This document shows, piece by piece, positions 33,803 through 44,449 of a DNA stretch of 64,000 nt (position 1 is its first letter; every line of letters begins with the position of its first letter). The notes below the pieces were generated by a model. It was not told where the DNA came from. It searched no databases and worked only from the letters and a program-made list of their open reading frames with translations. The stretch comes from Cyanidioschyzon merolae. Taxonomy: Eukaryota. The stretch is from NCBI GenBank assembly GCA_000091205.1, contig AP006494.2. One strand, written 5' to 3'. The position numbers and the translations under genes were made by a program.

Positions 33803-35155
33803 ATGCAAGGCGCTGCTAGAGACCTGGAGAATGTTTCTTCAACGATTTGGGGTGTAGTGAGCGCTGCTCTATCCCTGCAAGGGCAGCATCTTCGGAAGGC
33901 TACCATTTTAGGTTTCCTTTTACGCGTGCTGCTGACAACTGAACTCGTGAGAGGTGGTCTCTCGCACGCGGTAACAGGCTGGGCAAACGCCAAAGGTAGA
34001 CAATTGCGTAGTGCGTTCCGGAGGGAGCACTGGCGTCGGAAAATGCTCAACGTACCCGCACCTCCCGCTACTACCGCTGTGTACTCAGTGCGTCTTGCGA
34101 CTTGCGTTGTAGGAATTATTAGTTCGCTTCTGGTGTACGCGTACTTGCAAGAACGCATCATGGCGTTGCCGTTGACCACGGACGCCGCCGGCCAGCCGGT
34201 GTTCTTTAGGGACTCGTTGTTCTTGGTACTGCAGAACCGTCTCTACGCTGCACTAGCAGCGGTCTTTGTGCTTTTGTGGCAGGGCGACCGCAGTGGCATG
34301 CGGCCGCAAGCGCCCCTCTACAAATACGCCTCTGTCTCGTTGAGCAACGTGGTTGCGACCTGGGCCCAGTACTCTGCGCTGGCTTGGGTGTCGATGCCTA
34401 CACAGACGCTGGGCAAGTGCGCGAAAATGATTCCAGTACTCGTTTGGGGCTCTATAATGAGCGGGAAACGGTATACGCTGAGCGACTACGGGGTCGCAGC
34501 AGCAGTCGCTGCGGGATGCACGCTTTTTCTACTGGCTGGAAACATTCAAGCGAAATACAGTGCAGAGCAGAACTCGCTCTATGGGCTAGTGCTTATGGTT
34601 GTGTACTTGGCGTTTGACGGGTTCACGTCGACGTTTCAGGAGAAACTTTTCAGGGGGTACCCTATGTCGACGTATAACCAGATGCTGTTCGTCAACTTAA
34701 CCTCTGCCTGCATTAGTTTTTTGGGTGTTGCAAGCAGTGGCCGACTCGCTGCGGACCTGCAGCTCTGCTGGCAGTATCCACGACTGTTCATCGATGCAAG
34801 CGTTTTGAGTGCAGCAGCAGTCATTGCTCAGTTTTTCATCACCTACACGATCAAAGAATTCGGTGCCCTGGTCTACGCGACCGTCATGACGACCCGACAA
34901 ATCTTGACCATCCTCCTAAGCAACCTATTTTTTGCGCACGGACTTACTGTTCAGCAGTGGTGCGGAGCTGCGATCGTGTTCAGTGCTCTATACCTGAAGA
35001 GTTACACACAGCAGATGTCGCGACGAGCGACGAAACCTGCTGCAGCACCCCTCGATAACGATAACGGACCCGCGAGCGAGGAAAGTAAGGCCTTCCACGT
35101 TGCCGCGGTTGCTCTACCCCAGACTGCGCAAGAGTGCAGAGCACTAGCACATTAG
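33803..35155 (+). CDS. SLC35B-type nucleotide-sugar / PAPS transporter (UAA family). The start codon is uncertain: the ORF is open from 33602, and candidate start Mets are at 33803 and 34043.
   Basis: SMPTQTLGKCAKMIPVLVWGSIMSGKRYTLSDYGVAAAVAAGCTLFLL aligns to the SLC35B core ([47 protein letters not shown]). The C-terminal segment FGALVYATVMTTRQILTILLSNLFFAHGLTVQQWCGAAIVFSALYLKSY matches the family's last TM pair. There are multiple hydrophobic TM segments. Confidence 0.75.
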   Translation: MQGAARDLENVSSTIWGVVSAALSLQGQHLRKATILGFLLRVLLTTELVRGGLSHAVTGWANAKGRQLRSAFRREHWRRKMLNVPAPPATTAVYSVRLATCVVGIISSLLVYAYLQERIMALPLTTDAAGQPVFFRDSLFLVLQNRLYAALAAVFVLLWQGDRSGMRPQAPLYKYASVSLSNVVATWAQYSALAWVSMPTQTLGKCAKMIPVLVWGSIMSGKRYTLSDYGVAAAVAAGCTLFLLAGNIQAKYSAEQNSLYGLVLMVVYLAFDGFTSTFQEKLFRGYPMSTYNQMLFVNLTSACISFLGVASSGRLAADLQLCWQYPRLFIDASVLSAAAVIAQFFITYTIKEFGALVYATVMTTRQILTILLSNLFFAHGLTVQQWCGAAIVFSALYLKSYTQQMSRRATKPAAAPLDNDNGPASEESKAFHVAAVALPQTAQECRALAH

Positions 35156-35978
35156 TCCAACGAATGCGCATTTCGAGTCGTCGCAGGCGGTGGCGGTGGC
35201 GATGGCGGTGGATCAGCAGCTGAGGAACGTCGGGGATCGAGTAACCCGCTGTGCCACCAGAGGCGTTGTCGACAACGTGAATGTGCTCTTCGATATCTGG
35301 ACTCGATCTAGGCGCCCAAACAGTTCAAGTTGATGTGTTTAAAATGGATAACCAGTGCTTTCGCTGCACCGGGCACTGGATCCGCACTGCAATGCACAGG
35401 CGCTTGCTCGTGAATCGCGCTCCAGTCGATGCAACGCCGAGAGCGCACTGCACATTCGCCTTCAAACGTTCAGGTCCCTGAGGTGACCATCTCGTTATGA
35501 GCCGTGTTTGGTGCTTCCATGGGCGTTGTGATCGTTGCGTATGTGCAACAAAGTGCGCATCGTGCATCATTTTCGACCCGACAGCAGCGCTGCGTCATTG
35601 TTTTACGGGTGGTGTATGCACGAATGCGCAGACGCACTGCGCGACAGGCTGTGCCTCGAAGAGGGCTCGCGACCTGCGCTGCGGTTGTCGATCATGAAAC
35701 GCAGTCTCTACACGATATCGCAAGCTCGCAGCCTCTCTATCCCGTATAGGAGCGCGCATTTCCGGTACCAGCAGTCGCACGAATCCGGCAGCAGAGGTGC
35801 CCGCGAGCACCGCTGCGCCCGGCAAGGTAATCGGATGGAGTACGTCGACCCGGTTCGTTGAACGGACCTGGCGATCCAGGTGGCTGCAGCGGGCGTTCGC
35901 ATCCCAGCACTCGCACCAGCAGCATCGAGCGTGAAATACCTCATGATGCTGGTCCGAGCGCGCGGGGCACGGTGTCGT

Positions 35979-38276
35979 TTAGCGCCCAAAGAGACGATTC
36001 AGGAGGCCGCGGCGAGCATCTCGCCGCTCGGGAAGCTCTGGATACTTAATCTGCTGGAACGCCAAGTCCAGCACAAATGGTTTGCATACCATCGCTCGGA
36101 ACGCTGGCGGCATTCTGGCGATCTCATCTGGCGTTAGCAAGTCGATCGGGTGTTCCTCCAGGTAGCATCGCGATGATAACGGTTTTTCCGCTATCGTTGT
36201 GCGCTCGAGACGCTCTGCGATGCCTGCCTCCGCCAGCGAATAGAACACACTCGCCCGGACTTTGAGCGCCCGAGCCTTCGTATCCGTCTCGGTAAGCGCG
36301 TTATCATCGAGAGCGACCGCGCTCAACAGCTCGCGTCGCTCACGTGATGGCGCTGGTGCAGTCACTGCAACACGCGCCCGCAGCTCGGCTACCAGGCCCA
36401 GTAGCTGCACAGCGAGACCGTAAACTTGAACCAGGCCTTGTTGTGCGCCTGTATCGCCTTGCAGCTGACTTGAACTTGCTTCCCATTCGCTCCAGCAGCG
36501 TTCCATTTGGTGCTGCTTCTGGGCTAGTTGCAGGAAAGCGGCAGCAACCTGCGTCGCCTCAAGCAATTGCTCATCGATCCCAAAGAGATCGCTGATTTCC
36601 TGAACCCAGACGAGCGCCTTGTCATATTGCTGTCGTCGATAGCATCTCTTCAGCAGCAAGAGCGCCTTTCGGTATCGCCAGAATGCGGTCACGAGTCGCA
36701 GTTCGTCATCTGTTGGACGCTCCGCCACCAGCGACTCGAGGTGCCGTTGCACACTTTCGAGCAGGCGCACCGCCTTTTGTGTCCGTTTCGCTTCGTAATG
36801 CTCCGCCTTGGCCAACAGCTCCAGAAGCGAGACTGCCTGCTGCTTCGATGTCGAAGTAGGTATCGCCCCGGTCGTGGCAACGGACGCGGACCCGGAGGTG
36901 CCGTCCCCGGTCAAGGTGCGCTGCGCTGGTCGGCCGCTTTCGAGCCACGCCAGGGTGAGGTGCGGAACGCGTACCTGGTGCCCGCACCAGTCGACTGTTT
37001 GCGTCGGCATCGGCAGTAGTGTTGTCGTCTCTCCTGCCGACAGCGTCGATATCGAATACCTTTCGTGGACGAGTTCCGGCGGCATGTTTTCCAGTTTCGT
37101 TCTCGTAGACAGGAGCTGTGCCTGGAGCCGCTGAACCAGCGCGATATCAGGCCAGGCGTGTGGGTGCGGCACGTTTTCGCTGTCCACTCTGGTTTCGCAG
37201 GCTCGTGCGGTCCTTTCCAGTTCCTGGGCGCGTTGTCGGTACACCTGCTGGATCCGTTGGGTCAACGGCGCCGAAAGCGTCGCCTCGATACCAGCCATGC
37301 AATCGTAAAGCGTCCGATACAGTTGCGCTGCAGTCCCGATCCGGTGGAGTGCCCCCGGCCCCAGACGATGCCGCTCACCATAGAAGAGACTCCATAACCA
37401 GCAAGCATATGCAACGAGCTCCGTCAGTGTCCAGCTCGAGAGCTGACTTCGCGCAGCAACAGCAGCATAGGCAAGACGTTCAGCCAACAGCGCTGCTCGT
37501 CGAAGGCGACGTCGATAGTAGCGCCGAAGTCGCTGTGCTCGACGCTGCTTGGTATCCACCAAGGACGGCAGCTCCGTTGCAATAGGGCGATTGGTGTCAG
37601 CAGCGGTATCTAAACGCGACACCATGGCAAGCAGCTGCTCTTTCGCATCCATGGCTTGTGCCCAGGCACGTTCCGCTTCCAAAACGCCTATCTCTATGAA
37701 CCGCCGATCGTTACCCGCATAGTCGCGAATGATGTTTACGTCGATACGCGCTTGTGCGTACTGTGACGAACGACGAGAGAGTGAGCAGGTATATGCCAAG
37801 CGTACGCGGAGGCTTCGCAGTCGCCTCGTGCAGTACTGGGCGTAACCGCAATAGTCGCTCAGCTCGCCGCCGTGCCGTTCTTGTACCCGGTGCAGGTACC
37901 ACAGGATCGCCCAGGCGCCTTGCAGACCTCTCCCGTGCTCTGGCTGCTGACTCGCTCCCACGAGATCTTTGTTTTTCCGCAGCGCGGGCACTGGAGCAAC
38001 TCGCTTGACACCACTCCGCGCGGTCTGCTGACGTTTCCGCTCCGAGCTGCCGCTCCCGCGTAGACGACGAGACTTGGTCTCCGGTAGTGGTCCAGTCTCG
38101 GACTGCATGATCGTTTTCCCTTCAGTACGAGAAGGTGCACTTGTTGCCTGCTGAGGAGCAACGCATACACAGCAGCAGTAGCAGCAGCGTTCTCCGCAGA
38201 GGCGCTCCGGTCGCAACGCCGCGGCCATGGAGACGAGTTGCCAGGTCGCAGCGCCTGCGATCATCGCGCTCTGCAA
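35979..38276 (-). CDS. SRP68: Signal recognition particle 68 kDa subunit (SRP68). The true start may be the internal Met near 38111.
   Basis: HGGELSDYCGYAQYCTRRLRSLRVRL...FIEIGVLEAERAWAQAMDAKEQ aligns to human SRP68 (HGLRHGDFQRYRGYCSRRQRRLRKTL...LLLVLMDAERAWSYAMQLKQE). It is a long helical-repeat protein of appropriate size. Confidence 0.8.
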   Translation of the reverse strand: MQSAMIAGAATWQLVSMAAALRPERLCGERCCYCCCVCVAPQQATSAPSRTEGKTIMQSETGPLPETKSRRLRGSGSSERKRQQTARSGVKRVAPVPALRKNKDLVGASQQPEHGRGLQGAWAILWYLHRVQERHGGELSDYCGYAQYCTRRLRSLRVRLAYTCSLSRRSSQYAQARIDVNIIRDYAGNDRRFIEIGVLEAERAWAQAMDAKEQLLAMVSRLDTAADTNRPIATELPSLVDTKQRRAQRLRRYYRRRLRRAALLAERLAYAAVAARSQLSSWTLTELVAYACWLWSLFYGERHRLGPGALHRIGTAAQLYRTLYDCMAGIEATLSAPLTQRIQQVYRQRAQELERTARACETRVDSENVPHPHAWPDIALVQRLQAQLLSTRTKLENMPPELVHERYSISTLSAGETTTLLPMPTQTVDWCGHQVRVPHLTLAWLESGRPAQRTLTGDGTSGSASVATTGAIPTSTSKQQAVSLLELLAKAEHYEAKRTQKAVRLLESVQRHLESLVAERPTDDELRLVTAFWRYRKALLLLKRCYRRQQYDKALVWVQEISDLFGIDEQLLEATQVAAAFLQLAQKQHQMERCWSEWEASSSQLQGDTGAQQGLVQVYGLAVQLLGLVAELRARVAVTAPAPSRERRELLSAVALDDNALTETDTKARALKVRASVFYSLAEAGIAERLERTTIAEKPLSSRCYLEEHPIDLLTPDEIARMPPAFRAMVCKPFVLDLAFQQIKYPELPERRDARRGLLNRLFGR

Positions 38277-39503
38277 CCTGAACGTATGCTTTCGAATGAA
38301 TACCAGTACAATTTGGAGTTTTTCCAGTATAAGCTACATGCAACTGGCGTACAGGCCATATGCCGTGACGTTTACGGTGGCCAGGACTATCTCCCTACGC
38401 TTCTAGCGGAAAGATATGGCTCGGAAGGCTCGTCTGTCGCAAGCAACGACCCATGTGTGGAGCGGTACTACGTGTTGTGCAGGTCGAAACCGAGCGCCGT
38501 CCACAGAGAGGCTGTTGCCGACGCTGAAGACACCATTGATCGAGTCGATGCACCTCTTGTTGCAGCGGTAGGTGGGTACTTTCTGCTCTCTCCTGGACAC
38601 TACTGGATCCAAGGCGTTCGCGTTGCAGCGGCGCAGCGGGGCAAGGGACTCGGTCTGGGGATCACGTCGGCTGTGGTGCGAGCACTGGAACAACTTGGCA
38701 AGAACTCGCAACAGACGCTACACCTCTGGTCCTGTACGATAACGGACAACAAGCCGATGCGTCGCATCTTTCGAAAACTTGGTTTTGTCGAGTTCCAGAG
38801 GTGTTGGCTGTGGCCGAGTCCCACGTTCATGCAAATCCTCCGGAGGATCGATGAACGCATCGCCTCAGCACCGAACCATGTTCGTGAGACGTTTGCAACA
38901 ATGCTGAAGGCTACCCGCTGGGAAACGCCTGCAGAGGAATCCTCTGAACCCTGCATCATCGACGCATCCACAGATCAGAGGGTCTCTATGCAACCCGAGT
39001 CGTTCTGGGAAACGGTACCCAGTCCGGCCAGTGCCTTTGAGGCGCTCACCCGACACCGGCTCTGTGTTCCACTTTACTACTGGTGCTTACCGCCCGAAGC
39101 ACTCGAGAAGGGTGCGATCTCTGTGGACTGGCTCTGGATAGGCCAATACAAAGGCGAGGACCGTGCTCTCGGTTGGATCTTTGTGTATCGGGAGCCGCTG
39201 ATCCAAACGAGCGATCCAACAGTGGCGGGAGTGATTGCCTCTTCTTGCAAGGTACTGCTGTCAGCTGTACAACATCTGAACCGCATGTTTCCTCGGTTCC
39301 GAACGGTCATGGATACGAGCTTGTTCCCGTCTAATGAGTGCCGTATACCTGAAGGCTTTCGTCGCTGGTCAGCGGCATCCCAAATGGTAAATGTGTATCG
39401 AAAACTAGAGCTGAAAAACGCGGAATCGGAAGCGAGGAGCGATTGCGTCGGGCAACGCCCTGGGGCGTTCGCATGCCTGACACCTCAGTGTGCCGCAGAG
39501 TGA
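38238..39503 (+). CDS. GNAT-family N-acetyltransferase domain protein
   Basis: The acetyl-CoA-binding motif A of the GNAT fold is present: IQGVRVAAAQRGKGLGLGITSAVVRALEQ ... RRIFRKLGFVEFQ. The rest has no recognisable homology. The N-terminal 38 bp overlap the SRP68 ORF on the opposite strand. Confidence 0.55.
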   Translation: MPGRSACDHRALQPERMLSNEYQYNLEFFQYKLHATGVQAICRDVYGGQDYLPTLLAERYGSEGSSVASNDPCVERYYVLCRSKPSAVHREAVADAEDTIDRVDAPLVAAVGGYFLLSPGHYWIQGVRVAAAQRGKGLGLGITSAVVRALEQLGKNSQQTLHLWSCTITDNKPMRRIFRKLGFVEFQRCWLWPSPTFMQILRRIDERIASAPNHVRETFATMLKATRWETPAEESSEPCIIDASTDQRVSMQPESFWETVPSPASAFEALTRHRLCVPLYYWCLPPEALEKGAISVDWLWIGQYKGEDRALGWIFVYREPLIQTSDPTVAGVIASSCKVLLSAVQHLNRMFPRFRTVMDTSLFPSNECRIPEGFRRWSAASQMVNVYRKLELKNAESEARSDCVGQRPGAFACLTPQCAAE

Positions 39504-39545
39504 CGCTGCGGAGCGTACGAGCGTCAAGGTACGCGTCGCCTCGAA

Positions 39546-40090
39546 GGGTATCGAATCGTTACCGACTGGTTCCTGCCGGATATCAAAACCGCTCTAGTAT
39601 GCAGATTCGATCAAGGGTATCGAATCGTTACCGACTGGTTCCTGTCGGATATCAAACCGCTCTAGTATGCAGATTCGATCAAGGGTATCGAATCGTTACC
39701 GACTGGTTCCTGTCGGATATCAAAACCCTCTAGTATGCAGATTCGATCAAGGGTATCGAATCGTTACCGACTGGTTCCTGTCGGATATCAAAACCCTCTA
39801 GTATGCAGATTCGATCAAGGGTATCGAATCGTTACCGACTGGTTCCTGTCGGCTATCAAAACCCTCTAGTATGAAGATTCGATCAAGGGTATCGAATCGT
39901 TACCGAATGGTTCCTGCCGGATATCAAACCGCTCTAGTATGAAGATTCGATCAAGGGTATCGAATCGTTACCGAATGGTTCCTGCCGGATATCAAACCGC
40001 TCTAGTATGCAGATTCGATCAAGGGTATCGAATCGTTACCGACTGGTTCATGGCGGATATCAAACCGCTCTAGTATGCAGATTCGATCCG
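39546..40090. repeat. 68-69-bp minisatellite, 8 copies (unit gggtatcgaatcgttaccgactggttcctgccggatatcaaaaccgctctagtatgcagattcgatcaa). Each unit junction carries a 7-bp inverted repeat, attcgat...atcgaat.
   Basis: Unit starts are at 39546, 39615, 39683, 39751, 39819, 39887, 39955 and 40023. Copies differ by small indels (aaacc versus aacc) and substitutions (gactgg versus gaatgg, gcag versus gaag). Confidence 0.9.
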
Positions 40091-40901
40091 GGGTGCGCAG
40101 CGAGGCATCCATCGCCAGGACAAGTATGCAATCGCTCCGAATTCGTACCAGCTGGGTACCAATTGCTCTAGTGAGAGGATTTTTGAAGCTCTAGAACGGA
40201 ATCGGAGACGAAGACTCGACGCAAGCAACACGACTTTTACCAAGTGGCGTTGATGCGTTTCTGCTTTCAATATCGGAATCGAATGGTGCCCGTGCGAATG
40301 CCGGTGGCTTTGCTGATTCGAGGAAGCATGCCGCCAGTTTTCCTTAGCTCTCAGGCGAGTTCATCAGGTAAAACCCTCGACAGCTGGACGTCCAACAAAT
40401 ACCATCCCCGGAGACGCCCTTGAGAAAGCGTCGCGGAATCCTCGACAAACACAGGATTGCATACGAGCGCAGGCTCACCAGTTTTCGGCACAACATGCAG
40501 GCCGAGTCGTTCGAGCTGGAACCAAGTTGCTGGTGCCCGTAGAGTACCCCTTTTCCGCGACGCAGTCCAACGTTTGCGCTGCTTTCCGCGAGCCCTATCG
40601 AACAGAATTTCCTGCGCGCATTGCCGGTTAACGCAGGAGTTTGCAGCAACCTCGAACGATCATGAATGACGGACAGCGGTCGACGCAAGCGCAGCCGCTT
40701 GATGAAAAGTGATGCTCTCCCGAACCAACACGCTGTTTTGAAAGCTCAACGTCAGAATGCCCAATGTCGTACAATGGATTGCATCAGTTCACGGTGTACC
40801 TTTTCACAATCGTTTAGTGTGCTCATTAGACATCGACGAGCGACAAGTGATGATCCGTTTGTTGCGCAAACTGCCCAAATCGTAAACGCCAGCAACGCTT
40901 C

Positions 40902-41858
40902 CTACGTCGACGGCGATACATTTTTCACGACACCGACTTCGGCAGGCCGAAGCACCCGATCATGAATGCGATAGCCGGCTTTGAGCACATGCAAAATGGC
41001 CCCGTCGGGTAGCGACGGTGACGGTTTCGCCGCTCCAGACTGCTCTGAGGTAGCGGAATCAGCTACCGGGGCAGGTGCCTCGAACACCGCTTGGTGAACC
41101 TCGGGATTGAAGGGCTCACCAATTTCACCGTACCGCTCAATACCAAATTTTTGCAGGGTTCTCTGCAATTCCCGTTCTGTCGCCGATACTCCCTCATACA
41201 AAGCTGTAAGAAGACTCGCTAATTTCGCTGATTCTGCTGCCGAAACCGCACCGCCTGCGCCAGTGCTATTCGATGATGAACTCACTTCCAACTGCTGCCG
41301 CGGGACCGCTGCCAATGCTCGATTCAAGTTATCCGCAACATCCAGTAGCTCTTTCGCAAACGAAGAGATACTGTATTTCCGGGCTGCTTCGACGTCCCGC
41401 CGAGCAATCATACGCACGTTCTCCATCTCGGCGAGCAGCCGAATCGCACGATCCCGTAGTGTCGCAATCTCCTGTTCCTTCTCCTGTAACAGACCTTCGA
41501 GTCTCTGCACTCGTTCTTGTGCATCGGGAGTTCCAGTGCTTTGTTGCGTGTTTTGATCTCCGGAAGCGCCAGGGGTCGGCTTTGCCGTCGCCGGGCCCTG
41601 CGACCCGGTGTCAGCACCGTTCGTGCCGGCTGCTGATCCGCCTTTTGCCGTTTCATCGTAACCGAAAACTTGATCCGCAGTGGATTTACGAGAATCCGAA
41701 CAAATCCTCCGCCAATGAACAGTACCAGAACGGTGCTCGAACCCTAGTGCCGAGCCACGCCGCGTTCGCACGCTGCCGAGGCGCCCGATGAGCGCCACAG
41801 CGAACCTCGAACGCTGTCCAAGCATCCTCCGCGAAACGCACCAAACTCCGAAAGCCAC
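40902..41858 (-). CDS. GRPE: GrpE nucleotide-exchange factor for Hsp70 (mitochondrial Mge1-type)
   Basis: RLLAEMENVRMIARRDVEAARKYSISSFAKELLDVADNLNRAL ... LQKFGIERYGEIGEPFNPEVHQAVFE ... GAILHVLKAGYRIHDRVLRPAEVGVVK matches the canonical GrpE motifs (ENLRRR..DVE.A.KFA...FAKDLL.V.DNLERAL ... G....D..H.A ... G.V..V.Q.GY...DRVLRPA.V.V.K). The N-terminal extension is presequence-like. Confidence 0.85.
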   Translation of the reverse strand: MAFGVWCVSRRMLGQRSRFAVALIGRLGSVRTRRGSALGFEHRSGTVHWRRICSDSRKSTADQVFGYDETAKGGSAAGTNGADTGSQGPATAKPTPGASGDQNTQQSTGTPDAQERVQRLEGLLQEKEQEIATLRDRAIRLLAEMENVRMIARRDVEAARKYSISSFAKELLDVADNLNRALAAVPRQQLEVSSSSNSTGAGGAVSAAESAKLASLLTALYEGVSATERELQRTLQKFGIERYGEIGEPFNPEVHQAVFEAPAPVADSATSEQSGAAKPSPSLPDGAILHVLKAGYRIHDRVLRPAEVGVVKNVSPST

Positions 41859-42027
41859 GAGTCAAGCCGCACAGTTTAGACTTCCAGTTCTCTGGTATGC
41901 TCTTCGAGGTCAGTTTTCAGCACACCGTAGCAGAGGATCACCTGGCTTTACGAGACGCTTTCGATGCGCTTCGACTATAAAGGAGGCGATCCGGACGCCG
42001 CGGCCGCTCCTCGCGACGGTCACCAGC

Positions 42028-42051
42028 GCTGCTGCTGCTGTTGCTGCTGCT

Positions 42052-42086
<35 letters not shown>
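42028..42086. repeat. (GCT)n/(GTT) trinucleotide tract, about 20 units, i.e. CAG/CAA on the minus strand. It lies about 170 bp upstream of the GrpE start.
   Basis: Read directly from the sequence. Spurious ORFs translate it as poly-Cys or poly-Ala. Confidence 0.85.
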
Positions 42087-43768
42087 CGAGGCGTCTCGCT
42101 GGTATCCGGTCAGAGCAGGGAGGTGAGCGCTACTCGGACGGGCATATCATGCCGTATATGGCAGTTTAGACCTTAGCGCTGCTGAAGAAACACTGCAGTG
42201 CGGAGCAGTAAGCGGACAAGGACATGAGCGACGTTCTATGACTTTTTTCGCCGCGGCTCCGATGACGACGACTGCAGCGGTGCGTCCCGGATGAAGCGGC
42301 AGGCATAGAGGGCGATTGCTGAAAAATGTGCGTCACAAAGAGTTCTCCAGTTGGAATCGTTGTGATATGTACAGATCGCGGGCAGTGGTGCCAGGAGTAA
42401 CGATGGATCGCGTTGGAAGCATTTTGGAGTCGAAGAGGCGATGGCAGATTTGGATCAACGTTACGAGAAATTTGGAGTTTTGTCGCAAGGCAAAGTTTGA
42501 CACCATGCAGGTTGTTTGTGGCATCTAGAGTTGCCACATATATAGATGAAAGACGCATGCTTTAGCCAGAGTGCTTGAAAGCACTTGAAACTGTTCCACT
42601 GGCACGCACGACGATGAAGGTTCACTGTTGTTCTGTTGGTTGGTGTCCGTCGCTCAAGAGCTGCGTGCAATGGACTCACTTGTAAACACATCCGTTCAGG
42701 AGCAAGCATCTATTGTGTGAATAGGTGCATCACGATGCTATCTGCCGGGTTGCACTGTACTTGCGCCTCTGAGGGCTCTGCGACCGTTTGCGCTGTTCAG
42801 GCGCTTTCATGTTGACGCAGTTTCACTTCGCCGAGACGCCTGAATGGTTTTGTATGCTACGTGCACCATTCATCAAACTACATGGTCCAAATATGCGTAT
42901 ACCGTACGATTTGTCGAGTCGTAGACAAGCACCAGTCTTGCTGGGCAACCCGATATGTGCTTATGCGCTCGCGGATATGGCGGGCGTCCGCTTTCTCTCT
43001 CGCTCTCGCTCAGTCATGCGGTTGTCGTACAGGGATTGATACGACAAGTGCGTGGAGCACGCTTTGACATCGATGATCCGACAGTTGTATCGCAGGAAAT
43101 CAGCCTTCAAGCTCATGAATCGCCCTGACGCCTGCAGTCGTGGCCGATGTGACCAGTACCTGCGAGCGTACATGGCCCGCTGCATGAATCCATGAAAGGT
43201 GCGCTTCGAGTCACTGACGAATACAGGAGCAGCGTACCCGGCAGTCGCTGACTCCTGCGTACATCGCGCATTGTCTTGTAGAGCACTTCGTCTACTGGGA
43301 ACGCGATGTCACTGTGCCGGGACGCAGAAAGTCCAGCCTGCAAAAGTTGGTACCTGGACACGGTCGAGGCCTCCGCCGAAATCTCCCATATCTTCAAGAT
43401 TTTGCGGGGCACAAGCTCGCGAGTCCAGTCTCTACGCCAGGCTGCCCACGAGCAGGAGAAACCGAAACAAAGCATCCCCAGCGCTTCGTCACATTGTGCA
43501 TTAAACGGAGGCTGGCAGGTTATCGCTCACCAGCGGATGCCCGCGAGTGACGGTCCCGTGCACCCGGTGGCAGATCCCGGAGCAATACTCCTCAGAGCGT
43601 CGAGCGAAACCGGTATCCGAATCAAATAGAACGCGTCTTCGAACTCGGTGTACAAGTTGCTGTTCTTGTCGATAGAGAATTTGCGGAACCCGATGTTGCC
43701 TCTGATAAAACGAGTAACCGATAAAAAATCCAGTCAGGACAGCAACGCAAGATAATTGATTCGTCTAC

Positions 43769-44449
43769 GCTCCCTTCGTGCTAAGCGGTGACGCACGCTT
43801 TCTTGTTCGCGATCCCTGCGATGACTGCGGCCCGAGTCCAAATTCATCTTCCATGTCAACGAATGAGACGTGAGTATCTTGGAGTATTCACGGTGATACG
43901 GATCAGGGTGCTGTCGAATGTAGTTCCGTGAATAGCTTCCAAGTGAGGATGATTTAGGATCCGAACGGAACCGATCATTGCAAGTAAGATATCTAGTGAA
44001 CATTCCTCATGAGCCTATGAAGAAGCTGTCCAGCATCGACTTCCAGAAGTTTTCGTCCCCGATCCAGTGGCACGAATCGCTGCGTCCAAGCATTGCCTTG
44101 AAGCAGAACGATCGAAAACTGGTACAATGCGGGATTCGAACATGCTACGTATACGAAAAGGGGAGCACTGGAGGCTTGCACGTAAGCGCTGGAAAACGAC
44201 ACCAGTTCTTCTAAGCGCTTTTGTTCGCTTGCGTCGGGAATCATCTGGATGCCGGTGACGGCGCGCATTCCAGCGGCATAGCGTCATTCGAGTCACTCCA
44301 AAACGACGACCTAGCATCCAAAGTCTACATACGCATCCACGAATTCTCATTACTGCATGTCGAATGTCAAGGCAGTTCATCGCAACAAATTCGGAAAAAG
44401 GATCGCAAGGCAGGAGCAGCGCGACTCGTTCGGTGTTCCGTTCTAATCT
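43769..44449. repeat. Dispersed noncoding repeat, copy B (681 bp). It is inverted relative to copy A at 2390-3070, and its end lies about 210 bp upstream of the DegP gene start.
   Basis: See copy A. The ORF-track peptides differ at only a few residues between copies (RHQHPDD versus RHRHPDD; SRLLAWKMILD versus SHSLTWKMNLD), implying about 97-98% nucleotide identity. Confidence 0.8.

Noticed and set aside
39546-40090. Regular 68-69-bp direct repeats that superficially resemble a CRISPR array
   Set aside because: The units are contiguous with no unique spacers between them, and there are no cas-like genes. The whole window is eukaryotic (actin-related protein, TFIIB, SRP68, XPC and so on). It is a minisatellite.
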